This document shows positions 18,677 through 20,000 of a DNA stretch of 20,000 bases, piece after piece. A program made the translations under genes and the position numbers. Source of the DNA: an uncultured virus (IMG/VR IMGVR_UViG_3300047539_000147) (taxonomy: Duplodnaviria; Heunggongvirae; Uroviricota; Caudoviricetes); the IMG/VR virus record IMGVR_UViG_3300047539_000147. One strand, written 5' to 3'. How positions within the stretch are numbered: position 1 is the stretch's first letter; each line of letters begins with the position of its first letter. The notes beneath the pieces are model-generated. The model was given only the letters and a program-made list of their open reading frames with translations, ran no database searches and was not told where the DNA came from.

Positions 18677-19168
18677 TTAATTGATGCGGTAAGTGCGCTC
18701 ACCTCCAACGGGCTTGAAGGATTCCACGGCGTATCCGGCCTTTTTCATCGCGCCCGCCATGAACCCGCGCACCGTGTGCTTCTGCCATCCCATGCTCTGC
18801 ATAATCTCCGAGAGCGTGGCGCCGTTCTTGCGTTGCAGCATGGCCACCACCTGCGCCGTCTTGCTGCCTGGGCGTGCGGCGGGGATCTCGGGCACCGGAG
18901 CAGACTTCTTGGCCGTGGGCGCTTTCTTGGCGGTGGTGGCCTTCTTGCCGGCCTTCCCCTTGGCGGGCGCGCCCTGGGCCGCCCGTGCGCCACCCTTGGC
19001 CGGGCGGGCGGCTTGGGCCTTGGCAGGCGGCGCCGGCTGCGCCAGCGCGCCGAGTCCCTGAATGCGCTCCCAGATGCGGCGCGCGGCGGCCTTGTGGTCC
19101 TGGAACTTCTTGACGGACTGTACGCCCGGCAGGCTGCTCCAGATCGCGACCAGCCGCTTGGCCGGCCA
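18677..19168 (-). pseudogene. DUF3489 domain protein, 5'-truncated
   Basis: WPAKRLVAIWSSLPG...Ala/Lys-rich linker...RPGSKTAQVVAMLQRKNGATLSEIMQSMGWQKHTVRGFMAG...RTYRI. Upstream of 19168 the ORF is only the antisense of the MTase fragment. Confidence 0.85.
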
Positions 19169-19977
19169 TCGACGATGCCGAATTGTTGCGATTGCTTGCC
19201 GAAACAAGCTGCCCCCGAGGGATGCACCGACCCCGATGCGGCGCCCCCAGTACCACCGCTGCCCGTCTCCCTGCCCGGCGATCGGTGGATCTTGGGAGAG
19301 CATCGCCTGCTCTGTGGGGATGCCGCCCAGCGGGCAGACCTGGACACCGTGCTGGCCGGCGAACCATCCCGCATGGTGTTCACGGACCCGCCTTACAATG
19401 TCGCCTATGAGGGCAAGACGAGCCGCAAACTGCGCCTCGCAAACGATGCCCTGGGCGGCCAGTTCCAGGAATTCCTGCGGCAGGCCTGCACTCAACTGAT
19501 GGAAGTTTGCCGCGGCGCCATCTACATTTGCATGTCCTCGGCGGAGTTGCACACCCTGCACCAAGCCTTCACCGCTGCCGGCGGGCACTGGTCCACGTTC
19601 CTGATCTGGGGCAAGAACCATTTCACGCTGGGCCGCGCGGACTATCAGCGCCAATACGAACCGATTCTGTACGGCTGGCCCCAGGGAGCGGAGCACTACT
19701 GGTGCGGTGCCCGCGACCAGAGCGACTTGTGGTGCGTGGCGCGTCCGGTGGCCAATCGAGAGCACCCCACCATGAAGCCGGTGGAGTTGGTGGAACGTGC
19801 CGTACAAAACAGCAGCCAAGTGGGAGACATAGTGCTGGACCCGTTCGCGGGTTCGGGGACCACGCTGATTGCCTGCGAACGCCTGAAACGGCTGCGCGCC
19901 TGATCGAGTTGGATGCCCGCTACGCGGATGTGATCTGCCAGCGATGGGAACAGTTTTGCGGGCGGCCGGCGGTTTAG
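19159..19977 (+). pseudogene. Phage-type N6-adenine DNA methyltransferase, 5'-truncated (ParB domain missing), frameshift near 19895
   Basis: IDDAELLRLLAE / PEGCTDPDAAP...GDRWILGEHRLLCGD, MVFTDPPYNV, HPTMKPVELV, VLDPFAGSGTTLIACE / ARLIELDARYADVICQRW-stop at 19977. No start codon or RBS context for the conserved part. Confidence 0.85.
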
Positions 19978-20000
19978 TACTCTGCGTTGATACCACTGCT

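Noticed and set aside
18644..19996. ORFs 18644..19903 (+, 419 aa) and 18677..19996 (-, 439 aa) as novel fusion proteins
   Set aside because: Each is one real fragment plus the antisense of the other across the 19160 junction.

Overview
GC-rich bacterial DNA; the gene families resemble Acidobacteria/Bryobacteraceae-type islands (inference). Bases 1 to about 16650 are the right part of an integrated phage-related element. On the minus strand it carries a ParB-DNA methyltransferase, a candidate iteron origin, a TOPRIM/SF3 primase-helicase, a sigma-like protein, an uncharacterised SAP-domain plus Zn-ribbon/HTH gene pair, and an integration module (large serine recombinase, accessory gene, DUF2924). 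It ends next to a tRNA 3' fragment. Between the regulatory and integration modules is a plus-strand cargo operon: type III mod, then type III res whose reading frame continues into a complete Xre-HTH/MbcA-ParS-like antitoxin, then a translationally coupled RES-domain toxin. This restriction enzyme-antitoxin fusion is the most interesting observation. Bases ~16700-20000 are a patchwork of gene fragments (Ig-like repeat protein, tyrosine integrase, secreted protein, DUF3489, methyltransferase). Many genes carry single-base frameshifts that look like sequencing or assembly indels, so gene boundaries and the fusion need confirmation.
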